A DNA stretch of 62,750 bases, the filler included, from Basidiobolus ranarum (lineage: Eukaryota): assembly GCA_040143965.1 (NCBI GenBank). It is 48 parts of 48 records of this genome, joined end to end, with 100 filler letters (N's around TTAATTAATTAA, not from the genome) between each part and the next. Parts side by side here need not be neighbours in the genome. Positions count along the whole stretch, not along the records: positions 1 to 1,214 come from JASJQH010005967.1; positions 1,315 to 2,528 come from JASJQH010005968.1; positions 2,629 to 3,842 come from JASJQH010005969.1; positions 3,943 to 5,155 come from JASJQH010005970.1; positions 5,256 to 6,468 come from JASJQH010005971.1; positions 6,569 to 7,781 come from JASJQH010005972.1; positions 7,882 to 9,094 come from JASJQH010005973.1; positions 9,195 to 10,407 come from JASJQH010005974.1; 40 more parts are not named here. The stretch is one strand, 5' to 3'. Numbering within the stretch: the first letter of the stretch is position 1; each line of letters begins with the position of its first letter. Of this stretch, positions 1 to 11,820 are shown one piece after another. The position numbers and the translations under genes are program-made. Below the pieces are notes generated by a model. That model was not told the origin of the DNA. It ran no database searches and was given only the letters and a program-made list of their open reading frames with translations.

Positions 1-1214
1 TAGCTTTGGTTTCCTAAAGAGATATAGCATTGTAGCAGGAAAGTATAGAGGAAAATCATTTTGTGGGCCTCAATCAAAGTTAGGCAAAGTAGTCAAAATC
101 TTGATTAATTCATACTCAAAGATATCCATTGAGAGCTCTAGACTTAAGACACTATGAATAAAGCTTTTGTCATCTTTTGAATGTGCAATAATGTCTAAAA
201 GTACTTTTCTTAAATATATCATGTAAGATAAACTGTTGCCAAAACGGTAAATAACATCATGCTGGATAGCACCCAATGATGCCAATTTTTGCTGGCACAC
301 TTTTTAGCTGGCCTGATCTGGCTCAATAAAATGGAATAAGTCTATTAATAGTACACTGAACTCTGATTGGACAAATGCTTTTGAAGTAACAAAACAATTT
401 GACTAACTGCTTTCTAGTAGGTATTCAAGTATATGAGCCACAGTATTTCTCAAATATAGCTTCTAGGGTGGTGATAGGAAAGCCAGTAGTTGCTTTGGAT
501 TAATGAGCAATGACCATTTTGAGTAGATGGAGAGCATGATTTTAATCTTGTTTTGAGCTGGCACTATACTGATCAATCTGGCGCATGCAAGTTATTTATC
601 AAAGAATTTGAATTATCATGGTAAAATTCCCTACATTCTATATAATATAATTTTTGTTTGCATGCATTATCCTAATTATTTCAATTATATGTAATTGCAT
701 GGAAATTATATAATAAGCTGCATCAGCAAAGTTAATCAATTTTTGATCCAAATCAATTGATGTAGCATACATGTTGAAACGGCTCAAAGCATAATGCATT
801 ATGCTTGATCACACTATAGGCATTTAACTTTGACAATTTAACCATTAATATAAAAAGATCCCTAAATCTGATTGAAGCTAATAAAGTCTAACATCATAGA
901 TATGTATGATAGTTATGTATTATGTCAAAACAGATTCTTCCTGATTCACAATCTACTTTGGTACAGGAAACCACCACTTCCAAAATTTTGTGCATGCAGT
1001 CAAATGAAGGTGTGGGTGGTGCAAAGCAGTGCATGGTCAATGATTTTACAGATGCCCAGGTAACCACTATGAATTCTTGGTTGGATATATGGGAGTTATT
1101 GATAAACTTGACAGAAGCTGGGGAAGGGAGCATTAGACAAAAGTGGAAGCAACTTTTGACTCTGCTTTGGAGAGAATACTATATCTTCATGCCTTCAGAA
1201 GTCTGCAAGAAAAT

Positions 1215-1314
1215 NNNNNNNNNNNNNNNNNNNNNNNNNNNNNNNNNNNNNNNNNNNNTTAATTAATTAANNNNNNNNNNNNNNNNNNNNNNNNNNNNNN
1301 NNNNNNNNNNNNNN
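1215..1314. other. Artificial contig linker N44-TTAATTAATTAA-N44 (first of 47; last at 61446-61545)
   Basis: Identical 100-bp block recurs about every 1.31 kb. The core gives stops in all six frames. Flanking contig lengths fall steadily from 1214 to 1205 bp. Confidence 0.99.
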
Positions 1315-1315
1315 A

Positions 1316-2527
1316 GCCTATACGTACGATAACTTTGGGTTTATGTTAGCCGGGTACGCAATACAAAAAGTCAGTGGGATTCCATACTCGCAATATATGG
1401 AAAAATATATATTCAAGCCTCTTGGAATGAATGCGACCAATGTTAATTTTACACCACAGTTACTTGCTAACTTGGCCGCTCACTATGGGCCAAATGGAGA
1501 ACTTATGGAAACAGTAGGGTTGGCGCCGTCCGAATGTCCTCAAGGAGGTATGCTTTCGACAGGTGAGGACATGGCAAAGTACTTGATCATGCATCTAAAC
1601 AAAGGAGAGTATGATGGCAAAAGAATCGTAAGCCAAAAAAGTATCCGTCAAATGCATACCTATCAGGTCTTTGTTGATCCAACTATACCTATTACAACCG
1701 TAGGATTTGAAGGTTATTTCAAGGAGTTGATGAACGATCAGCATGTAATTTTAAAAGGAGGTAATCTTCCGGGTCATTCATCCCTGGTGGCTATCATACC
1801 AGAGAAGAATACGGCATTCTACATGTCTTACAACAGTGATTGTATGATGAGTGTGGATATTTATGAAGCTTTTATGAATCACTATTATCCCAAAGCTAAC
1901 AAGACTCCGCCATCGGTCTATATGCCACTAAATGAACAATTGGCACAGGATTATCTGGGTTTATACCAAAACACTCGAATGCATGCGTTGAGAACTTTGA
2001 TTTCGTATCAGAACGGAACACTGATGATGGAGACGGAGACAACAGGCAAGCTTACACTCCAGATGAAACATCCACTATTGTTTGAAGATGAATTAGGTAA
2101 CAAAGTGGCCTTTAAGCGTGATTCTACTGGGAATATAAAATATATGTACAATACGAATCCCAAGGGGTTGGATTTGGTTGCGTATGCACAAAAGTTTAAC
2201 ATGAAGGCAGCGTTTTCTGATATACCGAATGATAGCAAATACAAGCAGTATATTGATCATCTAAACGCACTAGATATTATGAGGGGCAAATCGGAGAACC
2301 TCTTTGATCCTAATGGAACTATGACACAGGGTGAGTTTGCGGAGGTACTTTTACGTGCTCATGGATGGGATGATATTGCTTATGCAGCCAAAAAAAACCG
2401 GAAATTGATGTTGGTAGGAATTCCTGATTATCAGCCAACTACTCCAATTACCAGAAAAATGGCAGATGTTATGTTTCAAAACCTCAAAAATCCCGCGCCT
2501 GAATCACAGATTAGATTCGCTGTTCAA
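1316..2527 (+). CDS. Partial serine hydrolase (beta-lactamase/AmpC-like family) with C-terminal S-layer homology (SLH) domain, Firmicutes-like
   Basis: Frame is open across the whole contig. Motifs: YDNFGFMLAGYAI (YxN), IFKPLGM, PQGGMLSTGEDMAKYL, KGGNLPGHSS, and SLH-type FSDIPNDSKYKQYIDHLNALDIMRG...FDPNGTMTQGEFAEVLLRA. No introns; truncated at both ends. Confidence 0.9.
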
Positions 2528-2628
2528 ANNNNNNNNNNNNNNNNNNNNNNNNNNNNNNNNNNNNNNNNNNNNTTAATTAATTAANNNNNNNNNNNNNNNN
2601 NNNNNNNNNNNNNNNNNNNNNNNNNNNN

Positions 2629-2657
2629 GGCCCCAGGATCAAATCCTGGCCAGACCA
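2629..2657 (+). other. tRNA-like 3' segment (T arm plus acceptor strand) just inside an LTR 3' end
   Basis: CCAGG-ATCAAAT-CCTGG (5-bp stem, 7-nt loop) followed by CCAGACC-A. The 5' half is cut off by the contig start. Confidence 0.4.
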
Positions 2658-2683
2658 ATATTTCTCCCTAAATAATTTCAACA

Positions 2684-3842
2684 GGTATGAGCCCCAAGCT
2701 TGCACTCTCTGTAATGTCTACTTCTCAAATTTATGGAACTTTTCCTTCTTCTGAAAAATTGGATGGAACCAATTATCAGGTTTGGAAAATTAAAATGAAA
2801 ATGCTGCTGCAAGAAAAAGGACTTTGGGACACTGTTGTAGGAGAAGAAAACAATACAAAACTATCTGAAACCAAAGTTTTACTCCAGGTTAAAAATGAAT
2901 AAAGTGCCTTTAACACAATTTGTCTAAATGTTAAAGACAAATTGCTAATACAATGTTCAAGAGCTAAAACTGCCAAGAAGGTATGGAAAGCCTTGGAAGA
3001 CACTTAGCAAACAAGTTCTGCTACCAACAAGATGTTGCTAAGAAGATAATTCTTTAACTTAAAGATGAAGCCAGCAGAAGACTTTAAATCACTAATTAAT
3101 AGAGTCACTATTTTAGTGGATGAAATGGAATGCATTGGAGTACCTACCACTGATCAAGATATCATAGTTACAGTCCTAAATAGCCTGCCACACAAGCTTC
3201 ATAGCCTAGTAATGGCTCTAGAATCAAGAACTGAAACTTTGACCTAAGATTATGTATTTGGCAGACTTCTGGATGAAGATTTACGCAAATCAGGACTCAA
3301 CCAAAAGAATGAAGAAAATGCTTTAATTGGCTATGGGAAACCTTCCTATAAAGGTCAAAAGCACTTTAAGAAGAAAAGTAACACATTCTGTGCTTACTGT
3401 AAAAGAACTGGCCATTTAAGCAAAGCTTGCTTCAAAAGAATTGCAAAAGAAGAAAAACATACTGAATCTGGAAATGTGGTTACAACAGAAGATCACTTGT
3501 TCATATCTGCTCTATCTATGACTACCAACAAGGATTCTCAGATGTGGTATATTGATTCTGGAGCTTCCCAACATTTCACAAATGAAAAACATTGGTTTGT
3601 GGAATATGAAGAAATCCCAATTAGAAAGGTTTTCATGGGAGATGACCACACATTGGATGCTATTGGAATGGGAACAATTCAAGTCAATTTAACTGGAGCT
3701 TCCAAAGAGAAAGTATATACTTTTAAGGATGTACTACATGTTCCAGATATTGCCAAGAATTTAATATCTGTATGCAAGGCCACCTCAGAAGGGCTAAAAT
3801 TCAATTTTGATAAGTCAGGATGCACCATCACTGATCAAAATG
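2684..3842 (+). mobile_element. Ty1/copia family A: primer-binding site, gag and protease (decayed), preceded by LTR-C end ...TTTCAACA at 2683
   Basis: PBS GGTATGAGCCCC; EKLDGTNYQVWKIKMKMLL; zinc knuckle CAYCKRTGHLSKAC; protease WYIDSGASQH; HVPDIAKNLISV; several in-frame stops. Confidence 0.93.
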
Positions 3843-3942
3843 NNNNNNNNNNNNNNNNNNNNNNNNNNNNNNNNNNNNNNNNNNNNTTAATTAATTAANN
3901 NNNNNNNNNNNNNNNNNNNNNNNNNNNNNNNNNNNNNNNNNN

Positions 3943-5155
3943 CAAGTAAGCAATGATAGACAACATCTATTTGCATCTGCCCCATCAGTAACAACAAAAG
4001 AAGACTCAGAAACAAGGTACATTGCTTCAGGAGCTTCCCAGCATATGTCAAACAGGAAAAATTGGTTTTCCAGCTTAAAACCAATCCAAACAAGGAAAGT
4101 CCACTTAGGTGGTTACTTTGCACTCAATGCAGTTGGTAAGGGCATAGATGTAATCAATTTTGACCAAAATTCAGCTGCACCATCTGCAAAATTAGATTAT
4201 GTACTCTATGTGCCAAATATAGCCAAGAATCTACTCTCAGTAAGTCAAGCAACAACTCAAGGATTAAACTTTATGTTCAGTAAGGCTGGATGCACTAATT
4301 CAGATCAGAATAATACCAAATTAGCTACTGGCATCAAACCTCAAAACTTATACAAGCTAGAAATCAACAAATTGCATTCTGAGCATGCAAACTTGTCCAA
4401 AACCAGTGAAATACGTAGTCCAATGTGGCATAGAAGATTAGGCCATATTGGGGAACAAAAACTGACTCAACTGATCTGAAATCAGCTTGTTTCAGGCTTG
4501 GAAATTGGAAATATCACTAAATTGGATCTGTGTGAAGGTTACATATATGCAAAACATCACAGACAGCCTTTTTCAAGCTCTGGAGAGATCAAATTCACTC
4601 AGAATTTTTCCCTGCTTCCTTCTGACTTATATGGGCCAATGTAAAATGTCTCACTGGGTGGGCAAAGGTACTTTATGACCTTTATTGATGACAAAACAAG
4701 AAATACTTGGGTATTCTTTCTCAAATCAAAATCTGAAGCCTTAGCTACATTCAAGCACTAAAAAGCAATGATAGAGAAAGAATATGCACAAAAAATAAGG
4801 GTACTAAGGAGTGAGAATGGTGAAGAATACTGCTCTAAAGACTTAACTAGTTTTTGCTCTAAACATGGAATTAATCAACAAACTACTATACCTTACACTC
4901 CACAGCAAAATGGAGTTGCAGAATGTGCTAATAGGACCATAGTGGAGATGGCAAGATCAATGCTAAATGATTAAAAGTTAGATTATCAATATTGAGCTGA
5001 ATATGTCTCTACTGCAGTCTATATCAAAAACAAATGCCCAACAAGATTGCTACAAAATTCTACTCCATTTGAAGCCCTATATGGATCAAAAACAAGTATG
5101 GATCATCTCAGGATCCTTGGTTGCACAGCATATTGCCTAATTCCAGCTCAAAAAT
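3943..5155 (+). mobile_element. Ty1/copia family B protease, GAG-pre-integrase and integrase fragment (decayed)
   Basis: YVPNIAKNLLSVS, WHRRLGH, LRSENGEEY, PYTPQQNGVAE. Starts CAAGTAAG, the same sequence that ends the LTR-B gag contig at 20905. Confidence 0.93.
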
Positions 5156-5419
5156 NNNNNNNNNNNNNNNNNNNNNNNNNNNNNNNNNNNNNNNNNNNNT
5201 TAATTAATTAANNNNNNNNNNNNNNNNNNNNNNNNNNNNNNNNNNNNNNNNNNNNCTGAAGAAGAGACTGTAGATACAAACAAACCGCAAACTAGACCAA
5301 ATGAGCCAACGCATACCACAGTGCATCAACCTCAAGCCACAACTTATGCTGGCCGAGGTAGAGGAACTTGTGCAGGATCAAACTGACCAACTCAGTGCTG
5401 AGGTTCAAGCAAAGTTCCT

Positions 5420-6056
5420 TGTCTGTCAATAAAAAGCTTGAGCAGCCATATTGGCTTGATATGGCTCAATCCATTCACATTTTCACCCAATTAGCAGCTT
5501 ACATGATCGAATAAATAATTTGCTGATCTGAAAATGATGAATCAAGTTATCCTGATCACTACTATCATACTGCAGATTGATCCATCATTGAGTGCTGTGA
5601 TTTGTCACCAGTGTGCTAAAAATACTGGTGTTTTGTAATGCAGGAGCTGTTGTGCCCAATTGAAAATCAGGATACTGTGTTGGTGAGGGACAAATGATTG
5701 GCCTAAAAACATGTGAATGTATTGGTTATACATTTGATTGGGTAAGTTACAGTATAAATTGTTTATTGCTACACATTCAGTAGTTTGTAAGTTACAGACT
5801 AGGGGATGAATTTACTTTGTCAGTTACCCAAAATTGTAATTTGGCAATACTAAATCTGGTAACTTGGTACAGGCTGGCACAATATCTCCAAAAAATCATC
5901 GTGTCCAATTGTGGTAGGCTAGTGCAATATTGTTCCTTATAGTGTCCAATCGAGTGTTATAGGACCCAGCCATGGTAATTGACAGATTGCGCCGGATGGT
6001 GTACTAACAGGCTGGATTTAGTGGCGCAATCTGACATGGTCCAATGGAACAAGTCT
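5420..6056. mobile_element. Terminal ~640 bp of a TIR DNA element (PIF/Harbinger-like), copy 1
   Basis: Near-identical to 56582-57219. Ends GGAACAAGTCT followed by AAT, the same terminus as the MITE at 24120-24301. Confidence 0.65.
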
Positions 6057-6468
6057 AATATATGAACAAGTTAATACTGCCACAGCTGAAGAGATAGACT
6101 GGAAAATCTGGCATAGGAGACTGGGTCATTTAGGAGCTGAAAATATGATATATTTCATCAAAAACAAGATGGTTTTGGGACTACATTTTGTAATTCCACC
6201 AAATCTGGAGCTACGTGAGGGTTACCTCTATGGTAGGCAACACAGACAGCCATCTGTGGGCTATGGAATGATCAAAATTGGTCAAAAATTGGGCCTAATA
6301 CCCCCAGATCTGTGTGGCCCAATGCAGACAAAATCCTTAGGTGGAAAAAGGTATGTCATGACTTTTATTGATGCTAAGACAAAGTATACTTGGAAGTACT
6401 TTCTGGCCAGTAAGCAAGAAGACATTGATACCTTCAAGAAGTTCAAAGCAATGGTGGAGACTGAAACA
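6057..6468 (+). mobile_element. Ty1/copia GAG-pre-integrase and integrase fragment
   Basis: WHRRLGHLG, DLCGPMQTKSLGGKRYVMTFIDAKT, FKKFKAMVETET. Confidence 0.9.
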
Positions 6469-6568
6469 NNNNNNNNNNNNNNNNNNNNNNNNNNNNNNNN
6501 NNNNNNNNNNNNTTAATTAATTAANNNNNNNNNNNNNNNNNNNNNNNNNNNNNNNNNNNNNNNNNNNN

Positions 6569-7191
6569 AGAATAATCAAAGTTGTATTTCCTTAGCTAAA
6601 AATCCCAAATATCATACTAGAAGTAAGCACATTGATATTCAACATCACTTTGTTAGGGAAGCTATTGAGAATAAGCACGTCTAATTGGAATACTGTCCAA
6701 CTGAGGACATGATTGCAGACATCCTTACCAAACCATTACCTAAGCCAAAATTTGAAGAATCAAGATATAAGTTAGGATTAAGATATATGAATATTTAGTT
6801 GAGTAGGAGTGTTGAAGTTTATTGTCTTTATCATATTTGTTATCTGTATCTTTATACAGTTACCCATTTCTAATATCACATATCAGTTAGTTAACATTAC
6901 TTAGTCAAATATCACTTAGCTGAAAATCCAAACATTTATTATATATATATATATGTGAATAATGTGAGAATTAGCAATTCCATATTGGAAATTTCAAACT
7001 TGCCCAAATTGCCCCAAAGATAGCTCACTTTACTCCCACAGATGTTCTGAACACAACCCCAGTGTTAGTTTTCTATATTTCCACCAAAATGTATAAATGC
7101 TTTATTTCTGGACAATAAATAATTATCTCACAAAGATATTCAAAACTCCACTCTTCTAAAGTTTCTCCAAACAGCCCATATTTTCCCAATA
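6569..7191 (+). mobile_element. Ty1/copia family B 3' end: RNase H tail, polypurine tract and complete 3' LTR-B (6810-7191)
   Basis: HTRSKHIDIQHHFVRE and MIADILTKPL. GAGTAGGAG precedes TGTTGAAG...TTCCCAATA; the same LTR occurs at 19794-20170 and 36884-37259. Confidence 0.92.
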
Positions 7192-7781
7192 GATAGATCT
7201 ATCTGAGTTAAGTTTCTGCTTCAGCACCCATCTATTACCAATAGTTTTTCTTCTAGTAGGTAAGTACACTAGAATCCATGTGTTATTCTTGATCAGGGAG
7301 TGAATTTTATAATCAGTGGCTTTTCTCCATTCTGTCCCTTCATCAGATTTCAGAGCTTGTGTCATATTTTCTGGTTCAGAAAATGCTATATGTGCAGATA
7401 TATACCACCCTTTTTCTGAATTGAAACTGTTGATTTCATGCTCTCATTTGAGACATCAAAAGTCCTTGGTAGAATGGTTGGATGTTTCACTTACAGGATG
7501 TTTCCAATTTCCACTTGGTAGGATTTATGAGACTTGATTGCCTGAATTTTGTGATTGATTGCATACTTCCAATATTAGCCAAATTGAGAGTAGGATATTT
7601 TTTAGGTATGTCATTGCTCAGAAAAATATTGTCCTGTTTCTGAGCCCAATGTCCTGATTCCTGATTGGCTGGAAAAATATTCTTTTTCTGATTACCATAT
7701 TTTTCATTGGCAGAGATAATATGCTGATTTCCAGAAGCTGGTTCCAGATTATCAGTATCCTCAGAGTAATTATCAGGTTTT
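7192..7781 (-). mobile_element. Ty1/copia integrase-RT linker and RT start (host of the LTR-B insertion)
   Basis: EPENMTQAL...EWRKA...SLIKNNTWILV...GNRWVLK; similar to 48489-48764. Confidence 0.85.
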
Positions 7782-7881
7782 NNNNNNNNNNNNNNNNNNN
7801 NNNNNNNNNNNNNNNNNNNNNNNNNTTAATTAATTAANNNNNNNNNNNNNNNNNNNNNNNNNNNNNNNNNNNNNNNNNNNN

Positions 7882-8680
7882 AGTGCTAAATTCGGAAGTT
7901 TATCCAACACCTGGCACCTCTCAACAAGCTAAAACACCAGCAAATAAAACTCACGGCTCTCCAACCTCAACTGGTACTTTTCAAAGTGTTGAAATTAGTC
8001 CCAAAGGTAAAGGCAAGCAAAAAGCCGCACAAACACCGCAAAGCACCCTCAGTAGTGTCACACTACAAGGACGTACAAAAATAGTCAAAGTGCTTGAGGA
8101 GTATTTTCAAAAGTATGAAGGGAAAAACGCAGTGCAAGTATGCAGAAAGTGGCTTCAGAAGAAGAATATTCAACTTGACTTGCAGTCTGGTGTTAACCAT
8201 GCAGATATCTGGGAAGAACTTAATACAGAGTAGCACAATAGTGCAAGGTATCTGCCAGATAGCTGGAAGAATGTTCATTCAGGAATGTTAATACAATGGT
8301 GGGCTTTGAAGGAGATATTGATACAAACTTGTGTTGGGCATGAGCTAAATCTTGGGTATGAAGAACTCTATAAAAATATTCAGGAGAGTATATCAAAGAG
8401 ACTAGGGATTTCAAAGATGACAAATTAGTGTTCAAGTGATAATTGTGTAGAATTTGAGTTATGTTTTTCACACATGTGTTGATCTATAGTTCTCTGAGAT
8501 TGTAGCCAATCATTTGCAACTATTTTGAGAGATCTTGAAATTTCACTCCTGAAACTGAAAAAATTGATTAAAATCAAATCTAACTTGACGCTTTTATGAT
8601 GGTAAGTAAATGGTTAATCCCAAATGTATTAAAATTGTGACGGTTTTCCTACAATAACAAACCTCAAATTTCTGCTAGTG
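7882..8680 (+). mobile_element. CACTA/CMC element: 3' end of ORF2 and ORF2-side terminus
   Basis: ORF2 frame EVYPTPGTSQQ...WEELNTE, then a conserved subterminal region ending AAATTTCTGCTAGTG (other copies end ...CTGTTAGGG). Confidence 0.85.
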
Positions 8681-9094
8681 TCAATCTGATGCAATTCAAC
8701 TTTGCTAAAGGAGTAAAAGTTTCTGTTTAAGATATTCCTGGTACTTGGGAATATTCTTTGGCTACCAGTCTAGCCTTGTACCCTTCTATATTGCCATCAG
8801 AGTTGTATTTAGAATTAAACACCCATTGGCAGCCAATTGTTTTCCTATCATCAGGTAAGTTGGTTAAAATCCAACTTTGATTATCAATCAAAGCCTGGTA
8901 CTCATCAGCCATTGCAGATCTCCAAAATACTCTGTGAGGGCCATTCCGGGCATCTTTTACAGTCTGGAGTTCATGTATTTGAGCTGAGCAGGCATAGGCC
9001 CAATTGTGGGACTTATTGAACTCACCGGTGCGATATTCATGGGGCTTCCGAAGGCTACGCTTGGAAATAAAGGGGCCATCATAGAAGAATGTAG
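8681..9094 (-). mobile_element. Ty1/copia RT fragment
   Basis: MADEYQALIDNQSWIL...GCQWVF...[16 protein letters not shown]. Confidence 0.9.
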
Positions 9095-9194
9095 NNNNNN
9101 NNNNNNNNNNNNNNNNNNNNNNNNNNNNNNNNNNNNNNTTAATTAATTAANNNNNNNNNNNNNNNNNNNNNNNNNNNNNNNNNNNNNNNNNNNN

Positions 9195-9726
9195 GAGTGA
9201 TCACAAGTAGTAATTGTTGGTTGTAAACCAGGATGATTTTTATTTGATAAGATATAGCTCCTATTTATAATTATCTGAAGGTAGATACAACTACTAATGA
9301 GAATTTCCAGGAGGTTCCAGAGGATTCAATTGGTGGGGATCTGGGGTTATGATATCATTGTAAATCAAAAGATTAGTAATCTATGGAATTGTGTGGAAGA
9401 TTGTAGCATAATCCAGAAAGTCATGAAATGTGCAGCAAAATCCAGTTTTGATTGATCAAAATGCATTCAATCATCAAATATTCCAAGAATCTTGTGGAAT
9501 GTTCCAGAAGATTGTAGAATCTACCAGAAAGTAATAGGGCTAATGTGGGTTAATACTGATAAATCTCAAATAATGGGGAATACTACTAATGTTGTGATAT
9601 GATTGGCTAGAAAATATGGTTAAGTTGAATAAGGAAAATAAAACAGAAATTGTGCAATAGTAATGATATGAGTTAGGAGTGGAATTAAGTCAACCTACCA
9701 GTGGGTAGCTACACTACCCCACTACA
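9195..9726 (-). repeat. LTR-E (Ty3/gypsy), partial, inserted in the CACTA element
   Basis: Aligns with 31721-32192 and begins TGTAGTG on the minus strand. Confidence 0.8.
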
Positions 9727-10407
9727 CCATTTCAGAATCAGCGGATGATATTGATGGGCTATATCTAAAATACCACCCCTATCTAGGAGGTGTTCTTCTT
9801 TCTTCAATATCCTCCTCATGCCACTACACAAATGTTTGAAAAAGTCCTGCTATTGTTGTCACAAATGTTGTCCTATGAAAGTCAGACACTTCATGGAAAA
9901 AATGATCACAAGCATGGTCACTGTACAAAGTCACAAGCTGCACACAGCCTGGTAAACATCAACAGTAATTAGTGCACAAAATAAACTTTAGTTTTGCACA
10001 CTGAGTCCACTGGCTGTGCTTTGCCCCAAAGTATTGGTAACACTGCTAAAGGTTGCAATACCATGGAGTTACCACAGTCATATAACCAGAATAATGTAAA
10101 TAGAAATGCAATTTTGGTCAAACCTACAAGTCCAGACAACTTTGAGGACATGCTGCTAGATGTTGGCCTTGGTTATTCCAGTACAGATGGTAGTATATAA
10201 GAAGTTGAAGAAGAAGACAATAGTTTTGTTATGGACTCTTTGTGATAAGCAGGCATTAGTCCACTCATAAAACTTGCAGTAAAGGAAGCAGCTTTGATTA
10301 TTGAGGGGTGGAGAGTTCAATTCAATCTCAGCAACCAGGTGTTTATGGTTTTCTTAAACTTTTACAACAGTTGATTGGCAGCTGTTGCTTGCCACAGACC
10401 TGGTACA
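9727..10407 (+). mobile_element. CACTA/CMC transposase 5' region (decayed)
   Basis: Homologous to 35413-36087 (KPTSPDNFEDMLLDVGLGYSSTDGSI). Confidence 0.85.
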
Positions 10408-10507
10408 NNNNNNNNNNNNNNNNNNNNNNNNNNNNNNNNNNNNNNNNNNNNTTAATTAATTAANNNNNNNNNNNNNNNNNNNNNNNNNNNNNNNNNNNNN
10501 NNNNNNN

Positions 10508-10779
10508 TCATGGAATGTTCTAAAGAACATGACTTCCATATAAGGTATTATGGATGAACTAACACCAGATTGCCATGAAGGGATGGCACTGCAGATATGA
10601 TGTCATAATCTAATAATAGAGGAGTTCTATTTGCAGTGGTTCAGAACTTGTCAGTTGGTAAAAATATTCTAAGTAAATTCCAATTGAGAATAATGGATAA
10701 TATCTTAGTGAGTCATAAGATAACCAAGTACTAAGCTATATATGCCTGTATTGGTGCTCAGGCAATGCCAATTTCATCA
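10508..10779 (-). repeat. Fused fragments of LTR-D (10508-~10640) and LTR-A (~10641-10779)
   Basis: Match to 27808-28341 and to 55822-56142 respectively. Confidence 0.8.
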
Positions 10780-10920
10780 GTTAATAGTTAATATTATTGA
10801 CTGTATGATAAGTAGCCTGATGCTTGATCCTTTATCTTTATCTCAATATTTTCATCAGTATTCTTAGACAGTGTATTGGCTTAATGAGTCACTTCAAGAC
10901 TAATTGTTTGCTCCTAGTTT

Positions 10921-11720
10921 AGAATGTTGATTCAGCAATGTTGATACAATGGTGGGCTTTGATGGAGATATTGATACAAACTTGTGTAGAATATGAGCTA
11001 AACCTTGGGTATGAAGAACTCTATAAAAATATTCAGGAGAATATATGAAAGAAACTAGGAATTTTGAAGGTGACAAATTAGCATTCAAGTGGTGAATGTG
11101 TAAAATTTGAGTTACATTTTTTGCACATGTGTTGATCCATAGTTCTCTGAGATTGTAGCCAATCATGTGCAACTATTTTGCAATATCTTGAAAGTTCACT
11201 CCTGAAACCAACAAAATTGATTAAAATCAAATCTAACTTGACAATTTTATGATAGTTAGTTAATGGTCAATCCAAAATAGATTAAAATTGTGATGGTTTT
11301 CCTACAATAACAATCCTCAGATTTATGTTAGGGAATCAGCTGATAATATTGATGGGATATACCTAAAATACCACCCTTACATAGTGGGTGTTCTTTTTCT
11401 ACAATATCCTTCTCATGCTGCAACACTAACATTTGAGGAAGCCCCACTATTACTGTCACAAATTCTTGTGCTATGAAAGCTAGAGGCTTGATAGAAAAAT
11501 AGTCACAAGCACAGTCACTGTACAAAGCCTGGTGAATATTAATAGTAATATGTACACAAATTTGACTTTAGTTTTGCCCACTGAGTCCACTGGCTATGCT
11601 TTACCTCAAAGTTTTGGTAACACTGTTGAAAGTCAAGACACCATGGAGTTACCACAGTTATATGACCAGAATGATGTATGTAGAAATGCAACTTTGGTTG
11701 AACCAGTAAGTCCAGACAAC
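10921..11720 (+). mobile_element. CACTA/CMC ORF2-side terminus (ends 11333) inserted into the transposase 5' region of another copy (11334-11720)
   Basis: ATTTATGTTAGGG directly abuts AATCAGCTGATAATATTGATGGG, which is internal sequence in other copies. Confidence 0.85.
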
Positions 11721-11820
11721 NNNNNNNNNNNNNNNNNNNNNNNNNNNNNNNNNNNNNNNNNNNNTTAATTAATTAANNNNNNNNNNNNNNNNNNNNNNNN
11801 NNNNNNNNNNNNNNNNNNNN

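Noticed and set aside
1-1214. ORFs 70-300 (-) and 922-1266 (+); faint resemblance of GYMGVIDKLDR to a gypsy integrase zinc-binding region
   Set aside because: CpG-poor decayed sequence with no motif I can defend.
1259-1270. Regularly spaced TTAATTAATTAA palindrome as a CRISPR-like or biological repeat
   Set aside because: It is always centred in N runs between size-sorted contigs, so it is an assembly linker.
8668-8680. One terminus reading CACTAGCAG instead of CCCTAACAG, as a separate CACTA subfamily
   Set aside because: A single degenerate copy with a second mismatch; point mutation explains it.
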